NCBI GenBank assembly: GCA_949372645.1
Contig: CASIAP010000009.1
Coordinates: 65,107 to 129,106 of the forward strand
Direction of reading: 5' to 3'
Source of the DNA: Candidatus Poseidoniaceae archaeon
GTDB taxonomy: Archaea > Thermoplasmatota > Poseidoniia > Poseidoniales > Poseidoniaceae
DNA: 64,000 bases
Shown piece by piece: positions 10,487 through 19,821 of this stretch. A program made the translations under genes and the position numbers. The notes under the pieces are model-generated. The model saw only the letters and a program-made list of their open reading frames with translations, searched no databases and was not told the origin of the DNA. Positions within the stretch are counted from its first letter, which is position 1; the number at the start of each line of letters is the position of its first letter.

Positions 10487-11028
10487 CGCTGACCAGGCTT
10501 CCAAAAGGAAAGTGGCACAGGTTGCTCCCCTTGCGCTTTACGAAGCGCCAAATGATCAGCACGTTCATTCCAACGATGACCGCGATGAGCTTTGACGTGT
10601 TCCCAAGTAAGTGTTCGAAGTTCAGAAACAGCATCCCATAATGATTGAACATGGGCTACTAATTCACGGTTAGCTTTCGCTTTCCAAGCACCGCATGCGA
10701 GATTTCCAGCATATTGAGAATCTGCACGGACGACAGCGGCATCATTCCCACCTTCGACCAAGAGCCATCGCAATGCAGCTGCAAATGCTGAGAGTTCCGC
10801 CGTGTTGTTTGAGCCCACTTCAGCGCCAATAAATTGTTCTGCACTTGTATCGGTTACAACGACATCCGCAAATTCATGATGAAGTTCTCCACTTCTCTTC
10901 CCTAATCCAGTATCACCCGTCACGACAACAACCGACCATGCGGCAGGTGTATTTTCATCAACGTTCTGGTTTCCAAGACAGGAGCCATCTACAAAGAGGC
11001 TCCATTTATGCTCAGTCACTCTCTTCAC
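10483..11028 (-). CDS. rnhA: Ribonuclease HI
   Basis: VDGSCLGN, SNNTAELSA, ADSQY, WEHVKAHRGHRWNERADHLA; GTG start at 11028 (GTGA overlap with gcvH stop) or 11019. Confidence 0.9.
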   Translation of the reverse strand: MKRVTEHKWSLFVDGSCLGNQNVDENTPAAWSVVVVTGDTGLGKRSGELHHEFADVVVTDTSAEQFIGAEVGSNNTAELSAFAAALRWLLVEGGNDAAVVRADSQYAGNLACGAWKAKANRELVAHVQSLWDAVSELRTLTWEHVKAHRGHRWNERADHLALRKAQGEQPVPLSFWKPGQR

Positions 11029-11408
11029 TCGCCAATCTCTGCTTTGTAAGCTGCAACATCCATCAGTGATGAAACAGCACTTGGGTCTTCTAATGACATT
11101 CGAACAATCCATCCTTCTCCATAGGGGTCAGAATTCATAAGTTCAGGTGCATCTTCAAGTGCATCATTGACAGCAGTAATTTTTCCAGCAAACGGGGCGA
11201 AAATCGGGGAGGCAGATTTTACAGATTCGACGATTGCAAATTCTTCCATATCTGTAAGAACTTCTCCTTCATCGGGGAGTTCAATGTAAACGATATCAGT
11301 GAGGGCATGCTGTGCATAGTCGGTAATTCCGATAATGATTTCATCACCTTCAAATCGTAACCATTCGTGTTCTTTTGTATAGTAATGTCCTTCTGGAATT
11401 TCGCTCAT
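11025..11408 (-). CDS. gcvH: Glycine cleavage system H protein
   Basis: YTKEHEW, GITDYAQ, VESVKSAS (lipoyl-Lys), NSDPYGEGW. Confidence 0.96.
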   Translation of the reverse strand: MSEIPEGHYYTKEHEWLRFEGDEIIIGITDYAQHALTDIVYIELPDEGEVLTDMEEFAIVESVKSASPIFAPFAGKITAVNDALEDAPELMNSDPYGEGWIVRMSLEDPSAVSSLMDVAAYKAEIGE

Positions 11409-11622
11409 CCTGTCCGTCTCCGATTTGTCGAATCGTCGGCATTTGATGAAGCCACCGATTGAGCGATTCCCCAATTCATCGCTCCAATTCACTTTCAAAC
11501 AAGTGAGTTCCTCCAAAGTTTGAACAAAACGCAGTTTTCTTCATCGAACGCGTCGCGGTTCTTATTAGCAGATGGAGGCCGCTTCAAAACGAAGTCGAGC
11601 GACTTCAAGGGATGGGACCCTC

Positions 11623-11979
11623 ATGAGTAGAGCATTTAGAGAAGGCATTGCCAAAAACAAGAGAATACACGCACCGATTCGACGAAGAAATTGGAGCCCT
11701 GTTCGTGACCTTCAAGGTTTGAAAACCCGTACGCAAACAATTGGCACTCAAATGGGCCCATTAGTTGAAATTCCTGCAATGGTCCGTATTGAAAATGAAC
11801 ATTGGGTTTTCGAACGAATTGAAGAAGGTGTTCTTTACAACCTCACACACAAACTCATTCTTCATGACGATGAAGGCGAGAGAGTGATTGGCGGTACGAC
11901 GGATATGCGAACTGCAATGAAAGTTGCACAATGCATGGCACAAAAAGAAAACCGAATCATTATGATTCAACCTCTTTGA
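11623..11979 (+). CDS. Hypothetical protein
   Basis: Clean ORF filling the gap between gcvH and sec61beta; start 11572 or 11623. Confidence 0.6.
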   Translation: MSRAFREGIAKNKRIHAPIRRRNWSPVRDLQGLKTRTQTIGTQMGPLVEIPAMVRIENEHWVFERIEEGVLYNLTHKLILHDDEGERVIGGTTDMRTAMKVAQCMAQKENRIIMIQPL

Positions 11980-11988
11980 AACAGAGTT

Positions 11989-12180
11989 TCAGAACAGGTC
12001 AAGAATCCAAGAGACAACGCCTTGGTTAACAAGGTAGAAAAATGTTCCAATACCGATACATGCTGCATATACTTGGAACGGAGTAATTTTCCAAGCATCT
12101 TCAGATTCTTCATCGAAATATCGAATAAGACCTGCAGCCTGTTGAATACCGCTACCATCGGATTTCTTCTTTGAAGCCAT
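11989..12180 (-). CDS. Preprotein translocase subunit Sec61beta
   Basis: AAGLIRYFDEE...KITP signature followed by one TM helix. Confidence 0.9.
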   Translation of the reverse strand: MASKKKSDGSGIQQAAGLIRYFDEESEDAWKITPFQVYAACIGIGTFFYLVNQGVVSWILDLF

Positions 12181-12235
12181 GTGGACCAATATGTGCGAGT
12201 TGCCACCCCTTTATCAACGCGACGCGGCCAAGAAA

Positions 12236-13102
12236 CTACTCTTCACCCTCATTTACGGTCAAATCGACAAAGGAAATCTCTTGTTCAATGGTCGTTTGGT
12301 CGAGAACTTGCCCTTGGGGGGCCTCATACAAGTCATCCATCGAATACGCGCTGTTCGCTTCAGGATCAGCTTCGATAAAGTATGCTTCCGCTCTTGCCAC
12401 TGCGCGTTCAAAACCCGGAGCATTTCCATCAGCAAGAGCCCCCCTTGCCACCTCCAGATCATAATCAGCATGCTCGATAGATTTCTCTGCCTGCTTCACA
12501 CTCCACTCTTTTGAGTCAGATGTTTTTCTAATTCTCTTCAGTACTGCTTTCCCTTGTTCCTCAACCATGAATATTTGTTCATCAAATTTTGCCCGAGCAG
12601 TTTCAAAGGCCTCTTTCCACGTTTTTTCATTCGATTCAAGCGATACAGCCCCGTCTTGCTTTGAGAGATATTTCCTTGCAGCAGAAGAATGGATAAACTC
12701 CCATGGGCGATGCCCAAGAGATGCTGAAAGATCGAACAATAAACGAGCATATGATTGTGGTGAACCTTTGAGTACAATCCGATTAAGATATCCTGAATTG
12801 AATAAACCAAATCCCCAATATGAATCTGAGGAAATCGTTAGCCCTAAACCTCCGCTTTGGGTTTGAAAGGACCATTTCTGTTCATTGAATTGTGGAGGTT
12901 CAGAAAAGTGAGGCGTTTCAGGATGTTCGAGGTAGGCTAAGGCATGTGTCGCAACATCTCCGAGGTAAACCACTTTGCTTGGTAAACTGAATGATTTAGG
13001 TCTTAAAAAGCCAGTATCGTTTTCAACTCGGTGATTGGCTTTGGCTTGACCAACTTGGGCATACACCACAAGTTCGCTCTCGCCATAAACGGGGCTGCCC
13101 AT
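12236..13102 (-). CDS. Hypothetical protein
   Basis: 288-aa ORF with helical C-terminal half; no motif recognised. Confidence 0.7.
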   Translation of the reverse strand: MGSPVYGESELVVYAQVGQAKANHRVENDTGFLRPKSFSLPSKVVYLGDVATHALAYLEHPETPHFSEPPQFNEQKWSFQTQSGGLGLTISSDSYWGFGLFNSGYLNRIVLKGSPQSYARLLFDLSASLGHRPWEFIHSSAARKYLSKQDGAVSLESNEKTWKEAFETARAKFDEQIFMVEEQGKAVLKRIRKTSDSKEWSVKQAEKSIEHADYDLEVARGALADGNAPGFERAVARAEAYFIEADPEANSAYSMDDLYEAPQGQVLDQTTIEQEISFVDLTVNEGEE

Positions 13103-13205
13103 GGTACGTGGGCCCCTTCAAACATCATCAATCCAACGCCTTGCGACAAACTGTCGAAGAGAAGAATTGATGAGTCGCGCCCACCATGGAGTGATAGGTG
13201 AGCCA

Positions 13206-13742
13206 ATGACTGCAAAGGGTAATTCAAAAATTGACGCGTTAACAGCACTTCCAGGAATTGGAGCTGCGACAGCAAAAAAACTGATCGGTGCCAAAATGGA
13301 TACTGTCTCGAAGGTTGCTTCAGCAGGTTCTAAAAAACTCCAAGATGCAGGTCTTAGTGCAGCGGTTGCTAAGAAAGTAAGTACTGCTGCTAAAGGGGCA
13401 GAAAAGACCTCCAGTGCAGCAAAGAAAGCAACCTCAAAGGCAAAAGTCGCAACAAAGACAGCAACAAAAAAGACCTCTACTCTTGCTAAAAAGGCGGCCT
13501 CAAAAACCAAGTCGGCGACAAAGAAAGCAACTGCTACTGCCAAGTCAACAGCAAAGCAAGTCGCTTCAAAAACCAAAGTATCGGCCAAGAAAGCCTCCAA
13601 GAAGGTAACGGAAACGAAGAAGGCAGCTCTTTCGAAAACCAGTAAGGCTGTTCCATCATCCAAATCTTCAGATGGAAGAAAAGGATCTACGCTCCGTGTG
13701 CCACGTAAAGTGACCGATATGCCATGGTTCAATAAAAAGTGA
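13206..13742 (+). CDS. HhH-domain protein with histone-H1-like Lys/Ala/Thr-rich tail
   Basis: LTALPGIGAATAKKL HhH motif, then about 90 aa of AAKKATSKAK-type repeats; AGGTGA SD before ATG 13206. Confidence 0.75.
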   Translation: MTAKGNSKIDALTALPGIGAATAKKLIGAKMDTVSKVASAGSKKLQDAGLSAAVAKKVSTAAKGAEKTSSAAKKATSKAKVATKTATKKTSTLAKKAASKTKSATKKATATAKSTAKQVASKTKVSAKKASKKVTETKKAALSKTSKAVPSSKSSDGRKGSTLRVPRKVTDMPWFNKK

Positions 13743-13799
13743 AAGCATTCCATGAAATGATGCGCTAGCATTGAATACCGCCGTGACTCACAACTTTTC

Positions 13800-13982
13800 A
13801 TGCCACGACGGAAATATGGCCGGTTGAGAAAGACTGTTGAAATGCCGTCAAAAGAAAATTGTTCTCGATGCCGCTCAGGAAAATTTTGCCCAATAGAAGG
13901 TCACAGTGGGCAAGACATCACGCCGCATAAGGAATGGACCGGCCCAACAACTGTCAAAAAGCGAAAGCAAAAGCGCAGCTGA
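13800..13982 (+). CDS. Small basic putative Zn-binding protein
   Basis: 60 aa, CSRC-x5-C-x4-H, Lys/Arg-rich termini; TTGAATA box at -29. Confidence 0.6.
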   Translation: MPRRKYGRLRKTVEMPSKENCSRCRSGKFCPIEGHSGQDITPHKEWTGPTTVKKRKQKRS

Positions 13983-13983
13983 T

Positions 13984-15081
13984 CTAATCAATGCCAATCG
14001 AACTGGTCGACGGAGTAGTTTCAATGAGCTGCTCATCATCGAGAATACTTGCAGCCGCAGCCGCCTCAAGAGTTTCACGAGTAGCTTGAGCTCGGTGGTA
14101 GACTTCACGTAATGTTTGGTCCGATATCTCAAGATAAACGCGCGTTGTTGCAATACTGGAATGGCCGAGTAACCTTTGAATCGTGACTAAATCAGCACCA
14201 CGCTCCAACAATCCCGTCGCAAAATTATGTCGCAATACATGCGGTGTCAATTTCCCTTTAGGAAGTCCAGCCTCCACGGCGAGTGAGTCCATTAATCGTT
14301 GAACCCCACGTGGTTGTAGGCGTCGACCTGCAGAATTTAATAAAAATGCGAAATCATCATCTCGAACACGAGCATCTCGAATCGGAATCCAAGCATGAAT
14401 GCGTTCAAGCGTTCGACGTGTAAAGAGTACTAAACGATCTTTGTCACCTTTGCCTCCATAGACGCGGGCCGAGCCATCTTCAAGATCGATATCATTTCTA
14501 TCGAGATTACAAACTTCACTCACGCGTAGACCTGTGTCAAGCATCATGGTAACAACAATCGAGGCGACCGGGTTTTCACTTTGTGAAGAAGCCTCTAAAA
14601 CCATAGACATCTCTCTTCGATTCAAGGTTCGAGGGAGGCGTTTACCAGTTCGCGCTCGAACCAGATGATCGGGCCAGCGATGGCCGAGCCATTTGAGTAG
14701 GTGCCGAGCAGCAGCGAGACGTGCATTGTAGGTCGTTGGACGTAAGTCTGATAATCCGTGGGTCCAACGGTCCATTCGTCCATTGAGTGGTTCCATTCGC
14801 TCAGCTAATTCATACACAGTTATCGCTTGATAATCAGATTCACTTAATACATTTTCACCAGGAAGTGTTGTTTCAATAAGAGCACGTAATCCACTGGCAT
14901 AGGATTTTTGAGTATTCAACGACTTATTTTCAGCCTTCAAAGTCTGCATATAACAGGCGCTCCAAGGTAGGTTTTGCATGTGAATAAGGCGTGGCGGCAG
15001 CTCAACTGAGGCATCATTGAGCCGTAGTTGGCTCGGCCTCAAAGCCTTGCGATTCCGCTCCTCTCCTCTCCGTGTGTTCAT
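13984..15081 (-). CDS. xerA: Tyrosine recombinase, XerA/XerC-like
   Basis: Catalytic set R (TGLRVSE), K (GKGDK), HxxR (HVLRH), H (LLGH), Y (TRVY); LPRTL linker; GGTGA SD. Confidence 0.88.
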   Translation of the reverse strand: MNTRRGEERNRKALRPSQLRLNDASVELPPRLIHMQNLPWSACYMQTLKAENKSLNTQKSYASGLRALIETTLPGENVLSESDYQAITVYELAERMEPLNGRMDRWTHGLSDLRPTTYNARLAAARHLLKWLGHRWPDHLVRARTGKRLPRTLNRREMSMVLEASSQSENPVASIVVTMMLDTGLRVSEVCNLDRNDIDLEDGSARVYGGKGDKDRLVLFTRRTLERIHAWIPIRDARVRDDDFAFLLNSAGRRLQPRGVQRLMDSLAVEAGLPKGKLTPHVLRHNFATGLLERGADLVTIQRLLGHSSIATTRVYLEISDQTLREVYHRAQATRETLEAAAAASILDDEQLIETTPSTSSIGID

Positions 15082-15207
15082 TGGCGTTCACCGCCTTCCG
15101 CCTAGGGCGGTCGTGCATCCCGTGCTCCGTAGAGCAGAAGAGAAGAAGACGGACTCCCATATCAAACCACCGCGCGTTCAGCCGAAACAGGAATCGAGAA
15201 CTCAACC

Positions 15208-15224
15208 CTCGGCTTAACGCCGAG
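15208..15224 (-). terminator. Short hairpin immediately after the rimK-like stop codon
   Basis: CTCGGC-TTAAC-GCCGAG perfect 6-bp stem. Confidence 0.35.
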
Positions 15225-16466
15225 TCAAGCATTCGTCTCTTCAGAGGCGGGCCCATCGAACTCATTCACGTTTCCATCGAGCATTGCTTGGCGAAGGGAA
15301 GCCCTCAATTCTGTAAGCTCTCCATAGCAAATGAGCACATCTTCATATCGTAATTGCAGTTCATTCGATGGATTCCACAATAAACTGTTATCACGCGAAA
15401 GGGCAAAAACAGGGATCTCTAATTTAGAATTGAATAAACTGGCAAGCGTTTGTCCTACGAATGTTGGATGGTTTCGAATCTGAAGTGAAAGAACTCCTGC
15501 ACCGGGTACCGTTCGGAGTAATTGATCAAGGTCGACCTCTGCAAATGCAGTTTCACTTGTAACATAATCAATAATCTCTCCAGCGACATTGACTCCACTG
15601 GCTTTCTCGATACCTTCGAGGCCTGGAGAGGAATTGACCTCTAGGACCAAGGGGCCGTTTCTCGATTCAAGTAAATCAACACCTGCAATATGCAGGCCAA
15701 GAACTCTTGCAGCTCTGCATGCAGCCTCTTCGAATTCTTTTGGCAAGTCTACACTTTCAACCGTTCCATTGAGGTGGTAATTGCTCCTAAATTCCCTTCC
15801 ACGGGCGCGGCGCCGCATACTTGCAACGACCCGGTCTCCAACCACGAGTGCTCGAACATCTTTGCCGTGAGATTCAGCAATGTATTCTTGAATCAAAATT
15901 GAACGACCTGTGAGCAACAGTCCCTGGACAAGATTACGAGCTTCTCGAATCGTGTGGCGTAAAAATACGCCTTGTCCTTGCGTTCCTTGCGTGACTTTGA
16001 TGACAACTGGCAGACCACCAACAAAATCGACTGCAGTTTCAACATCAATAATGTCACGAACATAGGTTGTTCGGGGTACAGGGATTCTGTTCCGAGCAAG
16101 AATTTGAGTTGCATGAAGCTTATCACGACTTTTGAGAATACCAGTCCCAGTGTTCGCCGTCCAAATTCCTAGCTGTTCTAAATGCCGAAGTACGGCAACT
16201 CCGTGCTTGGTAATTGAATGGCCGATACGAGGAATCACAGCATCATAATCGAAAACTTCTCCGTTATGTAAAATATCAATATTGCCGTCAGCAACAAATA
16301 ATGAGAACTTCATTGGGTCGGCCACATAAGGGTCTAGCCCCCGTTTTCGTGCCTCTTCAACCAACCGTCGAGTGCTGTAAAGACGCGGTCCTCTTGAAAG
16401 GATAGCAATACGAAGGTCAACGCTATGCGACGCTCCTTCTTCGCCATTCACGCTATACTCCTCCAT
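15225..16466 (-). CDS. rimK: RimK-family ATP-grasp glutamate ligase with C-terminal RCK_C (TrkA-C)-like domain
   Basis: LYSTRRL, DAVIPRIG, SRDKL, GTQGQGV, QEYI, FRSNYHLNG, LEVNSSPGLEGIE; C-term VGQTLASL...ALSR...NP...L.YEDVLICYG; start 16466 (box at -29) or 16478. Confidence 0.88.
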   Translation of the reverse strand: MEEYSVNGEEGASHSVDLRIAILSRGPRLYSTRRLVEEARKRGLDPYVADPMKFSLFVADGNIDILHNGEVFDYDAVIPRIGHSITKHGVAVLRHLEQLGIWTANTGTGILKSRDKLHATQILARNRIPVPRTTYVRDIIDVETAVDFVGGLPVVIKVTQGTQGQGVFLRHTIREARNLVQGLLLTGRSILIQEYIAESHGKDVRALVVGDRVVASMRRRARGREFRSNYHLNGTVESVDLPKEFEEAACRAARVLGLHIAGVDLLESRNGPLVLEVNSSPGLEGIEKASGVNVAGEIIDYVTSETAFAEVDLDQLLRTVPGAGVLSLQIRNHPTFVGQTLASLFNSKLEIPVFALSRDNSLLWNPSNELQLRYEDVLICYGELTELRASLRQAMLDGNVNEFDGPASEETNA

Positions 16467-16488
16467 GCTTGACGACATTCCGTCGCGC

Positions 16489-16496
16489 CTTTCAAG
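16489..16496. promoter_or_regulatory. Putative bidirectional core promoter box CTTTCAAG
   Basis: Reverse complement of the 9590 element; reads TTGAAAG at -29 for ATG 16466 (minus) and TTCAAGT at -30 for ATG 16521 (plus). Confidence 0.5.
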
Positions 16497-16520
16497 TGCT
16501 CGCTTGAAATCGGAGTAAAC

Positions 16521-17549
16521 ATGACCGAAGAAGGTGAAGTGGCGAGCGGTGAAGAAATCCCTACCGATACTGACCAAGAGGAAGTCCAAGAAACCATCAC
16601 CTTGGACCAACGTAAAGCGGAATTGAAAAAATCACGCTGGAATGTTTTTTTGTGGCTCGGAGTAGCAGTTTTGATGTTTACATTCGCTCTATTCCCAATG
16701 CCCTTCAGTGCTGATTATGATGACTTTACTCATTCGGTTGAGAAAGATATCGGGTTTGTGTGGGGCCCTTCTTTACCAGGGGATGATTTGTTTGACGCCC
16801 CCCTCCACCTCGAAGTTTTGACCTCAACCCCCCCGACTCATTCAGAGATACGCCTCGATGCATACGTGATCAAACAAGACAATTGTCAACAAAATCTTGG
16901 AGCTTTCACCGAAGAAGCAAAACTTGGAACCAATCATGCATATCAATACAAATCGATTGATTCGTTAATTGAAGATGAAAAATACACGTTCAAGTTCTCC
17001 GTTGACCCAGGGCAATATTGTGTTATTATCCAATATTTTAATGAGACAACCGGCGAGGTGGATAAAACATCGAATAACGATATGTCGGTCAAAGGAAAAG
17101 TTTGGCCAAACCAAGTCATCGCAGGGGTATTCGGACTCATTTGTCTTTCGTTATCGGCCTTCGCCTTTATTGGGGCTCAAAAACACGGTGCTCATCTCAA
17201 ACGAATTCTTGAAAATGGAGATGAGTCGACTGAAGACAAAGTATTGGCATCCGTAACCGATGCACGTGTCACTGCAGGCCCATCAGGGCCTCCTGGTCCA
17301 ACCGGCCCCCCAAGTGCAGGACCCTCTGGCCCTCCTCCCGCGGTTGAAGATCCAGTGTTAGAAACACCAAATGAATCAACTCCCCCTCCTGTTTTGGAAG
17401 CAGCAGAGGAGCCTCCAGCTACTCTTATCGAAGCTGTTTATGAACCAGCAGAAGGTGGTTATTTTTACAAAAAGTTACCAGATGGTAGTTATGAGCAGAT
17501 AGTTTATGTTCAAAATTCAGAGGGAGCCTACGTTCCTTATGAAGGCTAA
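16521..17549 (+). CDS. Hypothetical two-TM membrane protein with Pro/Gly-rich tail
   Basis: TM segments near aa 40-60 and 200-220; GPSGPPGPTGPP low-complexity region. Confidence 0.75.
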   Translation: MTEEGEVASGEEIPTDTDQEEVQETITLDQRKAELKKSRWNVFLWLGVAVLMFTFALFPMPFSADYDDFTHSVEKDIGFVWGPSLPGDDLFDAPLHLEVLTSTPPTHSEIRLDAYVIKQDNCQQNLGAFTEEAKLGTNHAYQYKSIDSLIEDEKYTFKFSVDPGQYCVIIQYFNETTGEVDKTSNNDMSVKGKVWPNQVIAGVFGLICLSLSAFAFIGAQKHGAHLKRILENGDESTEDKVLASVTDARVTAGPSGPPGPTGPPSAGPSGPPPAVEDPVLETPNESTPPPVLEAAEEPPATLIEAVYEPAEGGYFYKKLPDGSYEQIVYVQNSEGAYVPYEG

Positions 17550-17646
17550 CCGAATCTTCATGAGTCTCAAAAACTCGTGTTTTCGAGGGCACAATTAGGG
17601 TCATACTTGAAAGGGAAAGGCGACAGGCCTCTGTTAGGGTTTGGTG

Positions 17647-19821
17647 ATGTCGGGCGAGGAAACATCTTCTTTGACTGTAGCAAAACTCAAAGCATTGTGT
17701 ATTCTTAACGATTTATCCACCAGTGGGAAAAAGTCAGATTTAGTCGCCCGTTTACTTGACTCAGGCCTTTCAAATAAAGAAGTAGGTTTGCCCACAAAGG
17801 TGAGCAATCAATCTGTTTCAGTATCCCAAGAAGAGAAGAAAATCGTCGAAGAACAAGAAGAACTTATTCTTTCTATGGAAGATGAAGAAACACTCACGCC
17901 TTCGAAACAGAAACCAACTCCAGAAGTCGTTGTTGAATCCAAAGATGAAGAAATCCTTGATGCAGAGATTCTCGATGGGGAAATTTTGGATGAAGAGCCA
18001 ATGGCCATCATCAAGAAATCAAAACCATGGGTTACAAAAGGGCAGGTTCGAGAAGGTCCTGCAACTCTCATGGATATCATTCGAAAACCACAAGTTGCTG
18101 CGGTCTTGTTAACTTTGGTAATAATCGGTGCAGGTGGCTACTATTATTTGGGAAACCAACTCGACTCATTTACCGCTGAACAACTTCGTTATGGCGACAG
18201 TATGCAGTATCAAATCTCAGGTGATGAAAATGGTTTGGCAACTTTTGTTGCTACGGAGGGATTTGTTGAATTGGTCATGGACCAACTGGAGACCGAAGAT
18301 GATATTTGCAAAATCTCAACCGATTTCGGTGGCTCCGGCAGCCTTTCCATCACGAATGGCGGTACGGGTGAACTGATCAATGAAGGCGGTTCAAAAGACC
18401 GTTTAGGGGCAGTTCGCATCGTGGGTGGAATGGGTGCAGAATGGCTTTCGGTTGAGACGATTAACACGAACTCCCTCGACACATTCAAAGTGAACCGTCA
18501 TCTTTCAATTGGAACTACCTGCGATGTTTTTGCCATTACGGCTTCAGGAACAGCAGACCTTACATCAACCAAATATACTGAATTGAGGAATCAAGATACC
18601 AAAGCAACTCTGTTGGAATGGGGTTTTGATCTTCCTTCTCCAATTGGAAAATACCAGGGGACGACCATGAGTTATGGCGTTGGAGGCTTACTCGGTGGTC
18701 TTGAAACACTTGCACCCGGACTTGCCTTGATGATGCAACCCGTCGAAATACAGCATTTATTTGCCAACGACCTCATCGATGACGGTGCTTCAGGAAGTAA
18801 TCTTGGATGGGATTGGCGCGTAATTGGTATCGATGAATACGGGGGCGAACCAGCATGGAAGATTGTTGCCACACATCATGACATTGAAGCGTATTGTTTA
18901 GGTTCAGCAACGATGAACTTATGGGTTGAGGAAGGGAATCCCTGGGCAGCAAAACAAACAGTTGACGTTTTGATTTCCGAGGAACAGTCAGGCCAATCTG
19001 GTTGTTCTCCTGCATCTCAATTACTCAACGATTATGTCCTGCCTGAAGGAGAATTAGAGTTGCATCACACCTTTGCTAAGACCTCACTTGCTCGCGGAGA
19101 AAAGCAACTCGACCTTGGCTTGGCCTATGCTTCAAAACCTCTAGCGAATCAACTTGGCCCTTCAAACAGTGAATTAGAAGCATGGGGTGAATACGAATCT
19201 CACATGCCTGATGATTCTACACTTCGCCAGCACAGCTTTGAAGATGCTCTTTCGTGTTTTGAATATTGGCCAAGCACAATTGCACCAGGAGCATCGCGAG
19301 CCCTTGAAGAAAATGGTTACATTTGGCGCGGAACAACTAAGCAAATCACCTCCTCAATTTCTCAATGGAATCTTTCCTGGGTTGCATCTGATGAACAAGC
19401 AGGGTGGGTTCAATTTAATTTGACAGGATTGCCAAATACGGAGAATTGTCAATACGACAAAAGAGGTGACTTGGATACGACTTCATGGAATCGCGATTCA
19501 ATTCCAGAGACTCTGAATATCACCAAACTCGAATCACGATTTTCAGATTCGTCACGATACGATGTTTTGTTTGGCTCAGAACGTTTCTTCACCTCTTCAG
19601 GTGATTATCAAGACGATGTACAGGTAGGTTACTTGATTGCAGTCCCTGGCAATGACATAGGTTCCATCCTCTCACAAATTGGCGACGGTGGGAATGGAGC
19701 AGTCACCCTTGACCTTTCGCGTGCTTGGGATGAAGACGGTGAACATAAACAATTGAACCTCATTGCCGATGCAGCAGAAGGGCGAATCATTGGTTGGAGC
19801 ATGATTACCAATCGAATTTGA
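17647..19821 (+). CDS. SAP-domain single-pass membrane protein with large extracellular region
   Basis: LTVAKLKALC...LSTSGKKSDLVARL matches SAP consensus; acidic linker; TM VAAVLLTLVIIGAGGYYYL. Confidence 0.8.
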   Translation: MSGEETSSLTVAKLKALCILNDLSTSGKKSDLVARLLDSGLSNKEVGLPTKVSNQSVSVSQEEKKIVEEQEELILSMEDEETLTPSKQKPTPEVVVESKDEEILDAEILDGEILDEEPMAIIKKSKPWVTKGQVREGPATLMDIIRKPQVAAVLLTLVIIGAGGYYYLGNQLDSFTAEQLRYGDSMQYQISGDENGLATFVATEGFVELVMDQLETEDDICKISTDFGGSGSLSITNGGTGELINEGGSKDRLGAVRIVGGMGAEWLSVETINTNSLDTFKVNRHLSIGTTCDVFAITASGTADLTSTKYTELRNQDTKATLLEWGFDLPSPIGKYQGTTMSYGVGGLLGGLETLAPGLALMMQPVEIQHLFANDLIDDGASGSNLGWDWRVIGIDEYGGEPAWKIVATHHDIEAYCLGSATMNLWVEEGNPWAAKQTVDVLISEEQSGQSGCSPASQLLNDYVLPEGELELHHTFAKTSLARGEKQLDLGLAYASKPLANQLGPSNSELEAWGEYESHMPDDSTLRQHSFEDALSCFEYWPSTIAPGASRALEENGYIWRGTTKQITSSISQWNLSWVASDEQAGWVQFNLTGLPNTENCQYDKRGDLDTTSWNRDSIPETLNITKLESRFSDSSRYDVLFGSERFFTSSGDYQDDVQVGYLIAVPGNDIGSILSQIGDGGNGAVTLDLSRAWDEDGEHKQLNLIADAAEGRIIGWSMITNRI

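Noticed and set aside
13118..13801. 227-aa hydrophobic minus-strand ORF
   Set aside because: Antisense shadow of the Lys/Ala-rich gene (AAA/GCA codons read as Phe/Ala/Val).
13984..15081. Tyrosine recombinase as integrase of a provirus or island
   Set aside because: Flanked by housekeeping-type genes; no adjacent tRNA, att repeats or viral genes seen; fits chromosomal XerA.
15082..15207. GC-rich stretch upstream of xerA as SRP, RNase P or 5S RNA
   Set aside because: Too short, and I could not find the conserved motifs of those RNAs; only small hairpins and an SD are present.
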